DNA of 64,000 nt from Laetmonice hystrix (lineage: Eukaryota), in assembly GCA_965235115.1 (NCBI GenBank), contig OZ249436.1, forward strand, positions 57,784,001 to 57,848,000, given 5' to 3'. Of the stretch, positions 12,251-24,590 are shown one piece after another; the first letter of the stretch is position 1, and each line of letters begins with the position of its first letter. The position numbers were made by a program, and so were the translations under genes. The notes under the pieces were generated by a model. That model did not search any database. It was not told where the DNA came from and was given only the letters and a program-made list of their open reading frames with translations.

Positions 12251-15200
12251 GGAGTTCGTTCTTGGTGACAGAAGGCATGAGAGGCAACCAGCGTGCCAAA
12301 AGTACGCATAGTTCCTGGACAGATAATTAGTCCCTACTCAGTTGGGGGCTGTGACTCCAACGGGGTCTTGTCTAACTGAAAATGGAGAGGTGGCCATGAC
12401 ATAGTTATAGAACACAGAACCCGGGCTTCGTTGCCACCCGCGGTGACTCATTATTCGATGTGAGACCTGCGATTACTTACGGCTAGAGTTGACTGAATGA
12501 ATTGCTTAGTTAACATGCACGAATCAGAGTTCAGGAGAGATGTATGGTCTAGTCCTCGCTGTAATGGTTTGGTACGGAGGCAGAGAGTGCACCTTGGGTT
12601 GTCATCCCCCACAGTTCCGCATTCCAATGGTACTTCCTCCACCGCTGCGTAACACAACCGCACATGAAGAATTTCAGCCTACAAAAGTTCCTTCAGTAAT
12701 TCCTCGTATCGCAGGGAGTTGGTATGGATTCCAGGGTATGTTTGCTCAAGATATTTGCAGGAGCATACTCCAGTATAGGGTTACGAAAGAAATGTACCGC
12801 AGCTGTCCTAAATGTCCTCAACGGAAGCAGCCTTGTTCTGTACCAAGAACGAAAATGCTGAGATTTTAATGGTTTATCGCAAGGCTAATTTATGGGAACA
12901 GTAGGTGGGCCATTCAGAATCTTAGGGAAGTGCTTTACTTCATGCCTAGTGGAATAGTTTATTTTCTAACCGTTTTTTCTTAACAAACCCAACAAGACTG
13001 AATCTGTTTCTTAGAGGAATTTGATGTTTTCAAATTGCATATCAGGATCTTTCATTCCAGGAATGTTACGGTTGTCATAGTTTTTCAGAAGATGTAGGCT
13101 ATTTTTTTCTGGCAAGTTTGGCACTCACCAGACATCCGTGCAAGTTGCCTCACTTGACTGCAAGACAAGTGTTGGGATATAAAAACTGAGGTCGACTCCT
13201 GTTATCAGTAAGACATATATACAGATGTTCTTGGTCTGTTCGGTTTACTGAGACAAAGCCAGGTGTTGTGTATACAGCCTGTAAGCAGGCTGCCTGGAAA
13301 CTACACAAGAATGGAATGGTTCGCCATCGTTTTCCACAAGGCATGTCGAGCAACTGCTCGGACATAAATCTAAATTTTGTACAACCCTGGCCATTAGAGA
13401 CTATTTTCGTCGGGAGATTTCTAGTGTTGCTTACAGTGATTCATCGTTCTAACGTTGTGGCAATCGGAACATTCAGGTTTTGGTCATACCTGCGCTTATA
13501 TTTAGCATGGAACCAAGACGGACCAGTCTCCTACCCTTACCCGTACAAGGAGTTAAAAATTGCCACCCTTATTTAAAAAAGCTTCAGATGGGCATATTTC
13601 GTTTTTTAACATTTTCTCTTGGAAAACAGAAGCATGGACATGAATTTGATACCGAAATCCCCGTTCCTACCCTGTGACGGTAGTTGGAAGAGATACAACA
13701 AGGTGTGCGGACCTCATCCATCACGTTCTGACGTCATAATGCCATGGCTGGCTCCAATCGCCCCCAACCCCCACCCAGCCTGCCGTTGTTGCCTGAGACC
13801 GTGCCGTCTCAATCATCATTACTGTATACAGCGGTCGATCCTATTAATCCTCCTTCCACGTTAATATCTCCTTTTCGCCCCATTGTGCTTGCTGTCTCCA
13901 GCCCTCCACGCCAGGGGGCGTGACCGTCCAACCTCACAGATTACAGCGACGCCGCCCTTGTCCTCGCCAGACCGACCTTCCAGTCTGACGGGCGGCTCTC
14001 GCAAAATACAGCAAATGTCTCAATGCCAATATTTTTCAAGTGGCCTGGGGAAGATGTTCTTGAAGATATGTTTGAAATAATATGTGTCAAATAATTTACC
14101 TTGGTTTGTCGACCGTAGTGGTTGACCGAGCTCATTTGTGGGAATTTAACAGGAAAACACTCTGAAGCATTGCGATTGTCTGATTTTGAAAAGTTTTGTG
14201 TTTGTACTGGTGTAATAATTGTATTCAGTGTTTAGAATTTGGATTCTCAAATGAGTTTAATACGATTTTCTGTTATAGGCCGAACTTATCTCAATACCTT
14301 GTCATAGTTTCATTGAATCCTCATTCTCATACTACTCAGCAAGGAGATCAATATCTTTGAAAAGATGTATTTAGAAAGCATTTATTTTAGTTTTATATGA
14401 AAATACGAGGAATTTTCTTTCAAAGCCTATTGTCGGACCATAAAACTAGTTAAAAGACTGATCATGAATAATGCAAGTATTGAGCGTCACATTTTAAATG
14501 TTTAATGGCAGCTGTGAAATTCTACGCCGATAGCGTATAGTGCAGCTGTGTGATTCCCCCCCCTACCCACTGTAGTCGTGTGTTAGAGAGAGGACAGATA
14601 GGATGAAGACCTTCTTTGATGTGGTTTTTCGGCGAACGCGCCAGATGGGGTGGTCATATTGGCTGTGTGCCAGCTCGCCGCTCCTATGTGTCCAACCAGG
14701 CCACATTGACCTTCCATTGACTGGCCTCCATACACAGCATTATAGAACATGCGAGCGGGGCAGAAATTTGACATCACGTTTTTCAATAGCGGTACATATT
14801 GCACAACAAATATCATGTTGGTGGAGTTGAGAGTTGCACAAGCATCACACGACAGCATTACAGAAAAGATCCAGTATAGCTCCAGCCAGGATAGAAGGCC
14901 TATATGTTAGTCTACTAAGCTATAACATAGAGTATAATAAGCTAATTTATTTAGCTAACTATTCAGGCTTCATTAACATTATTATTGTAAAAATGTACTG
15001 GACGAAACGGGGGCGGAAGGACTGTTGGGTGCTGTTTGTTGGCTTGAGATCAGTTGAAGAGGACATATCTGGCAGCTAATCACCAGTAATTCAGTAACCA
15101 TGTCAGGCGGGAAGCCCAGAGGTTTTGAAGGCCAATAATATTGGTGTTTAGCCTGCAAGTGTAGGCAGAAAACGCGCTATTCATTTGTCAGCTTCACCAT

Positions 15201-16818
15201 TCTCTCCAACCCGGATCGTAGCTGCGATCGTAAGGATCACATTAGGTGTACCAGATAATGCTTTTTGAAATATTGATTGTGGATAGAGTATGAATTGGCC
15301 TGAATAGACAGAGAGGGCAAGTAGAATGGCCTGTCACCATACGACCGTAATGGGAGCGAGTAGTGGGGTAGTTGATGTTAATGGAAACCCGACAGATTAT
15401 TTCAATGTCGTTTCCACCCATGTCTCCACTTAGCTGACGGGTTAACAGGGTCATATCATATTCACATTGTTGTAGGCCTACAATGCACTTCTGTTGAATG
15501 GATAATGACTATTTTTTACCTGGTAAATGTTGATCAGGCTACGGCATATTTTTGTAACAGGTGTTAAGTGAGGAATGTGGGATTTATTCATGCACGCGAG
15601 AGGAAACAACCGATTTTTCAATCACAAAATAATGTCCAAAATTTTAATGCATCAAAGGGCGAAAATTCAATGAAAAACAACGTTTTCAGCCTCCATGCAT
15701 TGATAATTTTGAGATATTGCAGTTGCGTAGTGAGTAAATATTTAAGGCTCTGTATTTAAGTTATGTAGGAATCTGCTGAGATCCACTAATCAGATTGCCG
15801 AATGCCACTCCATCTGGATGATCCATATGATTTTCAAAGGCAAAGAATCTCTCAGCTGCATGTAGGTAATCAGTCAGTACTACAGAGGTTGAATGAACGA
15901 CCTGCCACATATGCCCTGCCTCAGTGCCTGGCCAAGTCTGTAGCACAGATTTCCGCTCATCCAAATAAGCCAAATTCAATTAGCGCGGCTCTTCTCTGAG
16001 GCCTCTGTAGTCTGAGGGTCGTGACCTGATGGGAAGATCACAATAACGCTTTTTTGAAGTCACTTGTAAAAGAAAAACAGTCAGGAGTTTTTATCATGGG
16101 GGGGGGGGTTAACCAAATGTGACCATTTTACCCTAACCGTCTTAAAATGTTTCTGTGAAAGGCAAAATTTCCATCATTTAAACCAATTAAAAATGAATAG
16201 GTTGAGCTAAGAGAAAGGGGGACTCTTCCTGCAGAAATTAGGTGTAAGAACTATTTTGGTATTAAATACCGATTTCTCTGCAAAGGGCAAAAGATGCATT
16301 CATTTAACCAAACCACATCTGGGAATGTGAATTGATTTTCTCGTTATCAGCCAGTCTCTTGGTAAGGAGCTGTTAGGGAACAGCAACCTTGACAAGTAAA
16401 ATAGCGGAAAGCAATACTGGCATTTGTCTGAGCTTCAGTGGAGCAATGATCTAATTGTTCTGCCAGCCAGAGGCAGCTGTGTCAGGTCTGATGGCCCCAG
16501 CAACAGTCTATAAAACGGGGTGAGCCTTGTTTACAGAAACCTTGGTCGTTGCTGGTAGAAGTTGACGGCGTCCCCCCCCCCGTTCGTTCAGATCATCTTG
16601 ACGACAGGAGTGTAAAACACAAATGCCCTGGATTTATTGTCGGATGGAACAATTAATAAAGTTGCTCCTCTGTGTGCTAATGATGATTAAGCACTGTTTT
16701 TAGAGGTGCCTCTACCGTTAGATTTTCGCTCCAGGGTTCGGGGCGAGCATTGTGGTGTTATACAGTGTTGTCTCCCAAAACACAGTGAATGGTATACAAG
16801 CGCAATTATGGCATACCT

Positions 16819-16947
16819 ACTGCATCACAACACACCCACTGCATTACAACACGCCCACTGCATCACAACACACCCACTGCATCACAACACACCCACTGCA
16901 TAACAACACGCCCACTGCATCACAACACACCCACTGCATCACAACAC
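16819..16947. repeat. 19-bp minisatellite, about 7 units
   Basis: Unit ACTGCATCACAACACACCC with minor variants. Confidence 0.92.
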
Positions 16948-18239
16948 AGCCATCAATCGTGATTGATACCAACACTCAACATTTTAAAAACGATCGGTTC
17001 CTCTATATTATTGAGAAAGCGGCCTAACATAAAAGCAATTTTTTTAGACTGTTTTGAAGATTTACTGTAGTTTGTTTATGTTCAGTCGGAGGGTTTCGTG
17101 CCATAGCAGTTGCGACGTATATGTCGTCTTTCTTAGTTATGGGTCGCAGTTATGGTCTAGACATGATCTCAACAGTAAACAATGCACAATTTCTATTCCC
17201 TTCCTCTAAGTTCTAGTCGTTTGAGTCGGATAGCTTAAAAGGAATGTTATAGAATCTATACATTTAATCTGTACTTTGTATATAAGTAGACGCAGTACTG
17301 TTCATGCCGTATGTTTGTTTAGAGAAAAACCAGCATACTTGGCCTGTTGGTAATAGGAGGGATGTCTAGTATTGTGATAATAGCTGGAACCATGTGTGGC
17401 GCTTTGCATGCATTACTGGCAGTTTGTGTAGTTACCCCCACATGTATGGCAGGTGCTGGCCTGTAGACTCTGATTTCACCCTCATCTACACCAAATGTCT
17501 TGCAGTCAGGTATGTTATTGCAGAGGTCATGGTTCCGATGTACCTCAGCCGTAAAACAATTAACACCATATGTCGTAATCAGTCATTCCGGTCAACAACA
17601 CGCTCCCGCCGGCTGTAGGCATTTGTTTGTAGGTGCATTCCGGACGGTAGTTGGGTGTTCCGGCGTGTTCCTTTGACGAATTTGACTTCATCAAGCAAAC
17701 GCTGTTTAATAGTACCATCGGCCGCCATATACCGGGACATGTATTTCAAAGCTCCCGATATTGAGGTTGCGTTTTGTTCTATCGCGAGCAGACAGCATCC
17801 GTTTCTATACCCATAAAGTAGTTGAGACTAAAGGTATACTGTGACTTTCTTTTTAAGTCACCTAACTAACCACAGGTAGTGTATTCCTAGGTTAGTGTAT
17901 TGCAGCATAATTACAACTGATATGGAGTGTCGCTTTCTCGTTAAATTTAAATTATTCTATATTGAAATATAATTGGTACAATAGGCTCCAAAAATATGGA
18001 GGTAAATTATTTCTATGGGGTTTTTACTTGCATCTTAACCTATCACTGAATTTAGCATGAATTATTCAAAGGGATCAACGAGCCATTTTCATTGATTCTA
18101 CATTCACTATGTATTTCTAGAAAGTTAAAATAGATATTCATTAACATAAGAGTGAATAAAAATGACCAAAGGTAATCTGAATCCGATTAACATTAACCAA
18201 GGAGACACAAAGTAAGCAGTTCGGGTTCGTAGGTCGGTA

Positions 18240-18240
<1 letters not shown>

Positions 18241-18313
<73 letters not shown>
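18241..18313. repeat. (GA)n microsatellite
   Basis: GA run of about 72 bp with one GATA interruption. Confidence 0.97.
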
Positions 18314-18315
<2 letters not shown>

Positions 18316-20895
18316 ACATGCCTCATCAGTAGATCTGTACTATCAATATCGTCTAGCCACTGTTGTTCCCGTATTAACATTGGCTAAAGGACCAGTTTGG
18401 GGAGACGTCGGATAAATCCACATCTGTTGTCTCTTTTATCTGGAGAACTGCTTTCAAAAGCCTCAAAATGGACATTGTTGAGCGCTTTAGGGTACCTTCG
18501 CAAGCATGTTCCTTTGTTCACAAGACCTGCGACTGTCTATGTATGCATACTTGGGAGCAGGGAGTTTTATCATGTCTGGTTTTACAGTGGAACAGTAGTT
18601 ATATGGGAAGAAAAACGAGGGGACAAATGGAGTGCGTTTTTTGGGGGGGAGCGTCAAGAGTTAACACGTATGTGGGAACCATGGAAACAAAATGAGATGC
18701 ATTAGAGGAAAAATTACCTCCAGACATTTTTCTTAAAGGCGAGGTAGTAAAGTTAATCAGTGCCTGCACATCTACCTGTGAAGGCCAATGCCAGCCTCTA
18801 TATCAAATCGTATAACCAGGCAATTCCGTTTACTTCGCGACAGAAAATGTTCTTTCATTTCAAGCACACATGTGTGGTCTACACTTCAATATGAATCCAT
18901 GATAATGACCACTGTATCTAGAAATTGACAGCAAGCAGATTGTCTTGCATGAGAGACTAGCACATTATGAAAAGGACACTGGACATCATTTACATTTTGA
19001 TTAAAATAATTCCCCGTTTACTATCCTTCGCAAGGCATATATTCTTCTCCCGACATGATAATGGGCAGACACAAGTGGCTGGGAGGAGAGCGGGTAAGGT
19101 TTTTATTCTGACGAGCCGTGTTCTGTCCTTCATTAATTCGCCTACTAAAGCTTCAATTAAACGAGACTGCCATAGACGTGTAACAACACTCCCACACTAT
19201 TCACTCCTGTGTAGATTCCTTGAATTAACACTAGACAATGATATTAGTAACCAACGCCATTTTTCCTCACCGTGACAATGGGAAGAAGGTCTTTCATGGC
19301 TGGTGGTGAAGAACAGGAAAGGAGCCAATCCCAAACATGGGGCTTTGTGTTCTATGACAGACTTCAGACCTCGAGATGATTCATCCGTTAGCCTCATGTT
19401 AAAAGATAGCGCAGAAACAAGAGATTAGCTGATAATCGATGTTTCATATTTATGTCCACTTGACACTTCATAACGATGGAAGGCGGGGAGATTAGCACAG
19501 TAATTACAGCTTTCCTAGCTGGTAATCGGGTAATGCTCACAGGATATTACCGACGGAGACCTACAAGGTAGAACTATGAGATCAGGATATCTAGTCCTGA
19601 TAGATTACTAAAGTGTTTGGTGGAATCCAAAGTAGAATAGTGAAATAAGTTAAAGTTTAAAATAATTATGGAAGAAATGGATAGAGGTTTGGTGACAGCA
19701 AGGAAATAATTATGGTTGCCTTTTCAAACTAGCATGGGTGTTTTCTTTTCATATTTGGCCACGGCAGTGTCCTCAGGAACAGTTCTGGAGTATTTCTTCT
19801 TTAGGGTTTCCTTGATTTATCCTTCAGAGCAGTTGTTCTTATTGACACAGTTTCTCTGGCCCATCGTTTGTTTGTGGGTTAGGAAAGGTGAGAGTGCACG
19901 TGGCCATCAGTCATTGTTCACCAGCTGTGTCTGTGGTATATCATCTATGATATACGACCGATCAGGTATCCGGGCCAGGCCTGTCTCCTACCACCGTAAT
20001 GGCCCCACCCATAAGAAGATGCCACCTGCCTTTGGCAGGGATTGGCTGCTGAGGACCAAGACGGATCGGGGCCTGGCATGTATCATAAAGATGGATTGCA
20101 AAGATTTCACAACAAAAAAACTGTTGGGGAGTGGGGTACAAGGGGACAGGTCCGTGCCCAATAGGTGGCGCTACAGGTAGAGTGTCGTCACAAGATATAT
20201 GACGTGTCGCGGTACGCTAAGCGCTGAATAAGTTATGATGTCAAGTGACACCTTCCTTCTGATGACAAACGGACGCCTTGCAGCTCTGTGGGCGAAGGCA
20301 TAACGTGACAAAAACTTTACCAGCACCATGACATCTACAGTGTCATATACTGAATTCACAAACGGGGTTGTTGGAAAAATTTGCGAAACTTCTATTTCAG
20401 GACGTTGCCTTGCACCATGAAACTGCACAGAAAACTACGTGTGATCAGAATATGCATGTGTAACTAATTTAAATTGCAAGCAAGGAATATATTTCGGGAA
20501 ATTGGTTGGCGGATCAAAGTGTTATTGATAAATTTATAAAACATGTGAAAGACACACAGGTTACATATGATAAAAGCGGTGGATTACTCCAGGGATATGG
20601 ACCCCACTTAAAGTCGAGGAAAACGTGTTCTTTGGTAACATAATTGATTAGTTTTCAAGACGGCTCCAAGTTGTCTAGAGCAGCTGCGATCATCAGCTGT
20701 AAACCATGTTTGATTTTTGTCAACTTTAAACACATGTTCCTTTTTCTTCAATCATAGTGCACTATACAGAGAACAGCAGCCTAGTGTGTAAAATATGTAC
20801 TGGTTGGAAGGCCTAGACTTAGATCAATATTGTGGAAACATTATGTGTTTATTGATGCTTATAATGTGTGAATTCTGTTTTGCCAAACTGCAATT

Positions 20896-20913
20896 TTCCT
20901 TAACCTTGTACAC
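20896..20913 (+). promoter_or_regulatory. U12-type (minor spliceosome) branch point and AC 3' splice site
   Basis: TTCCTTAAC at 20896-20904, then CTTGTACAC ending in AC at 20912-20913, directly before A-TGG-TTC-GAG (xWFE). There is no AG at this coding boundary. Confidence 0.9.
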
Positions 20914-21159
20914 ATGGTTCGAGCGCATCAGTATGGGAGTAATCTTGCTGAACTGCATCACTCTCGGTATGTACCAGCCCTGCAACGATGACGTATGCGA
21001 CACAATCCGCTGTCGAGTCCTTGAAGGTTTTGACCACTTCATCTTCGCCTTCTTTGCCATTGAAATGTGCATTAAGGTCACGGCAATGGGACTGATCGGC
21101 CGAGACACCTACCTGGCTGAGACTTGGAACCGTCTCGACATGTTCATCGTGTTAGCAGG
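20914..21159 (+). CDS. Cav3: Cav3 exon, domain I S1-S3 (246 nt, phase 2-2)
   Basis: Translates [82 protein letters not shown]; donor GG|GTAAGT at 21160. Confidence 0.96.
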
Positions 21160-23159
21160 GTAAGTCGTTACTTATATGTTCCTTCTTAACTTTACATGTC
21201 ATTTTTAGGCCGGACTTGTTAGATTTTATTTTGTTGATTCTGCCTTGAGTTTGTTTTGTTATGCGTTATGTTATGTTAAATTACATTGTGATTATGACTG
21301 TGAAACTCCACAGGCCTGCCGACATGTGTGGTTGTAGGTTCTTTAAAGCATAGTGCGGCACCGTTGAGAATGATTTTTAATCATGGAAATGACTCCATTT
21401 CTATGCTTGCGCTTAGATCTAAAAATTCTAAATACACTAAATAAACATGGAACCTCAATCATATTACAGATTCATCATTTCTCAACAATTCTCTCAGGAA
21501 TAACTGCAACGTAAGAAAATCTCTAAATTTTAAAGAAATGCAGGGATAGAATTACCTCTGATAGGGCGTGCAAATTTGATTTATTAACTGTCATTAAAGG
21601 AACACATGCTCTGCTCAATCTCTCCCTATTATTAAAAACTTTTCACGTTACTGTTATTGATAATACAATCTGCATACATCCTTCTCATACATCAGTATCA
21701 TATGCGATGGGGATATTGAGAAAATGAATAGAAAACGAATCCAATGGTAGCATATTCTTGGGGACCATCATATTTCTTGAGAGGCACCTATCAGTATAGA
21801 GGCCAGGGAATCTCGACTGCATGATTCATTAAGAATCTAAGGTTCTAGGAACAACTGATAATATGCGGTAATTGATCGTACGTCAAGCCCAAACCCGAAC
21901 AATTTTAAACCCAACCACTGTCGGGTATGGATACTTCTATTAGTAAATGCGACAGTCTATTTTGCAATTTATCTCGGTCCGTTCGAAGGCATCATGAATG
22001 AAAAAATCCATTGAAGCATCCCAAGTGTAAGACCCGTAGTTGCTGTCTTATATGAGCTAGAGAAAATGTTATCTTGGAACCTAAAAGATATTGATATAGT
22101 TTTGCTTAATTCGATTTCCGGTTGTTTCAAGAGTGCATCAAATTTTAATGTTTTTCTTTTTCGTTTCATTTTGTTTTTGATCCCCGAAATCTCAATCCTT
22201 GAAATTGATTTAAGTACCATAAAACCAAAATGTCTAAATCCTTTTTCTAATATGCTTTTTAACTTCACATTTTGTCCCTATGAAGCAGTTTTAGTTTTTT
22301 CTGACAGCAATCGAACAAAAAGAAATCAGTAGTATTTCTTTCATATACATGTAGTCATTGACTGAGAAGAAGGTGTGAAATTCCCCAGTTCAATGTGAAT
22401 CTGGTATTGGTGGAGCCGAGCAGAGCACGGCCAACGCTGACATGGCGGCTGACAGTTTGGTAGGGGACTGAAGGTGTACCCGGCCGCCTCAAAGGCCTGC
22501 CGTTTTCCCGTCATAGTTAAACATGTATGACGCTAGGGACTCGGCAAAAGGTGGGCGCCACGGCCAGGAAGCCTGGCTGTATCCGTGGTTTGACGAGCAG
22601 AGTGAAGTAGAGGTTGGAATGTATGGCTTGGATAACTGTGACATGGTCTCGGTGTTAATGCGTAATGACATGTGTATATTGCCAGGGTGAAGAATTTTAG
22701 AAACGGGGAGAGAGTATGAATGGATGTCGGAATGTGTGCCCCTGTTTGTCTGGATGAAAGCGTGCATGGTTTTTAAAAAAAATATGTATATACTAGGCCT
22801 ATGTATACAGAAAGGTATATGAATAAGAAAGGCCCTTTCAAGGTTCGTTTTGGTGATATTATCAGTTATAATATTTAATATCGATTCTAAATTTCCACTT
22901 GTATACAGCATACGTAGAAATCAAATTACCAGTAATGAGCTTTTGCAAAACTCCAGAATAGCTTGAGATTGTTTATTCCAAGCGATCTTTAGATTAAGGA
23001 TTGTGCCTTGAAGATTGGTCCCCACCTCATTACTGGCAGCAATCCTCGTACATGGTTGTTGAATCTGTACATCTTGCGGGCACTTGTGTCTTTAGAAAAT
23101 TACGATATACACAGTGACAGCTTTTGTGGCAGGGGAGATTCCTCCGAAAGCTGGTATTC

Positions 23160-23307
23160 AATTGAGGATAATTGGAAATTGTCTATAATTGAGAGGAACC
23201 TGCTCCCCCTCCACTTCAACTCAAATGGACTACCCCTACCCTGTGACCCTCACTGCCACGCGGTCACTCAGTCTTCAACTTGTGGGTGGACGGACATTAG
23301 TTTTTAC
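23160..23307 (+). repeat. Split direct repeat A1 (148 bp)
   Basis: Identical by eye to 27995-28142. Confidence 0.95.
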
Positions 23308-23420
23308 TTGGTCCTCGTATTTGAAGCTTCCGGGCCAGTTATCGTTGCCACCTGCAGTTTTTCGTGCCTGCTGGATCTCTCGACTCTGTCTTCACGTCAT
23401 CACCGTTGCACGAATCAGGT

Positions 23421-24590
23421 ATGGGCAAGAAAAAGGCTCAGAGGAGCGACGCGCCGTCGGTCTCGGAGGCCTCTGATGGCCCTGTCCCTGTTGGGCCACT
23501 CCCGGGGCCCTCAAAGCCCACGGTTCGGGCCAATGCCGGTGCCATTACGGACATTCGAGAGCAAATGGAACGTGGGTTTGCGGACGTTAATGCAAAATTT
23601 GACGCCCTTCTGAATACTCTTACCACGAGACAAGGCACAGGTAACCCTGCTATTCATGTGCCTCCGGTCATTCCTGGGGTGGGGGCTGACCCCATTCCTC
23701 AGCTGCCTCGGGACCCCGACCCTACTCCAACCGGGACCGCGACAGCTGCAAGACCTGGCGACTCGATGATTCAGCCCATGACAGATACCCCCCACTCAAC
23801 TTCGGATGCTGTCCACCCGTCGTCTGCGCCCCTTGCCTCGACTGGCCTGTCACCCCAGACACATCAGGACCTCTGGTCGCAGCCGTATCAGCCACGGACC
23901 CCCCGTTACGATAACGCCGTTGATGCAGGGGCCGACGCTGACCTACAGAAGAGGGTTGCCAGCCTTCTCGCAGCACAGCCCGCCTACGATGTCAAACCCG
24001 GTAAGATTGACCTTGAGCATCGCTTTCCGCATTTTTATCTCAGACGAGGTCATAAGCAAGACAGGCCTGGACTGGGTGAACTCTCTTTCCCGGAGTACGT
24101 GTGGGGTATGTTCCAGGTCATGCACAGCAAACTGACCCCCGAGGCTCATAGGCAGCCCATGCTTGACCATACGGAGCATATCGCGGAGGACGCCGCTCGA
24201 TATGACTGGCCCAGGGTCAGGGCCTGGAGTGAGGACCTCATACTCCAGATAAATGAGGGCCGCATCACTTGGCATGACCCCCTTGCCATACAGCTCCTGC
24301 GGATTAGCATGGTCCACGCTGGCCGCGGAGTAAGGGACCAGCAGGGGGCCACTCAACGCTTCCCAGGTGATTTCAAATCCCCGAGAGGGGCCCCGCCCTG
24401 CCAGGATTTCAACCGGGGCACTTGTCAGTATACGAAGGACCATGTGGACAATGGCCTCAAGCGTCTGCATGTCTGCACGTTCTGCTTGGTCAATCAGTGC
24501 AGTTTATTTCCGCATCCTGAGGTTCTTTGCAAGAATAAGCAGTTTCGTACCAGAAAAAACGAGGAGGCGGGGCCGTCCCAGAGGCAGTAG
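23421..24590 (+). CDS. Gag-like ORF1 of the Ngaro element
   Basis: First ATG at 23421 (frame open from 23364). C-terminal Cys/His knuckles CQDFNRGTCQYTKDH...HVCTFC...HPEVLC, as in DIRS/Ngaro ORF1. Confidence 0.85.
   Translation: MGKKKAQRSDAPSVSEASDGPVPVGPLPGPSKPTVRANAGAITDIREQMERGFADVNAKFDALLNTLTTRQGTGNPAIHVPPVIPGVGADPIPQLPRDPDPTPTGTATAARPGDSMIQPMTDTPHSTSDAVHPSSAPLASTGLSPQTHQDLWSQPYQPRTPRYDNAVDAGADADLQKRVASLLAAQPAYDVKPGKIDLEHRFPHFYLRRGHKQDRPGLGELSFPEYVWGMFQVMHSKLTPEAHRQPMLDHTEHIAEDAARYDWPRVRAWSEDLILQINEGRITWHDPLAIQLLRISMVHAGRGVRDQQGATQRFPGDFKSPRGAPPCQDFNRGTCQYTKDHVDNGLKRLHVCTFCLVNQCSLFPHPEVLCKNKQFRTRKNEEAGPSQRQ

Noticed and set aside
12300-13300. Possible decayed RT remnant on the minus strand (LLRKNG*KIN)
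   Set aside because: Many stops and only one weak motif; needs a translated HMM search.
18141-18380. ORF with an SLSLSL run
   Set aside because: Translation of the (GA)n microsatellite.
23147-23163. AAAGCT/AGCTTT arms around the reconstructed empty target site
   Set aside because: Only 6 bp, 12-nt spacing, and unrelated to the element's own arms; likely chance.
23008-23613. 201-aa ORF
   Set aside because: Crosses the host/element junction and overlaps gag in another frame; chance read-through.
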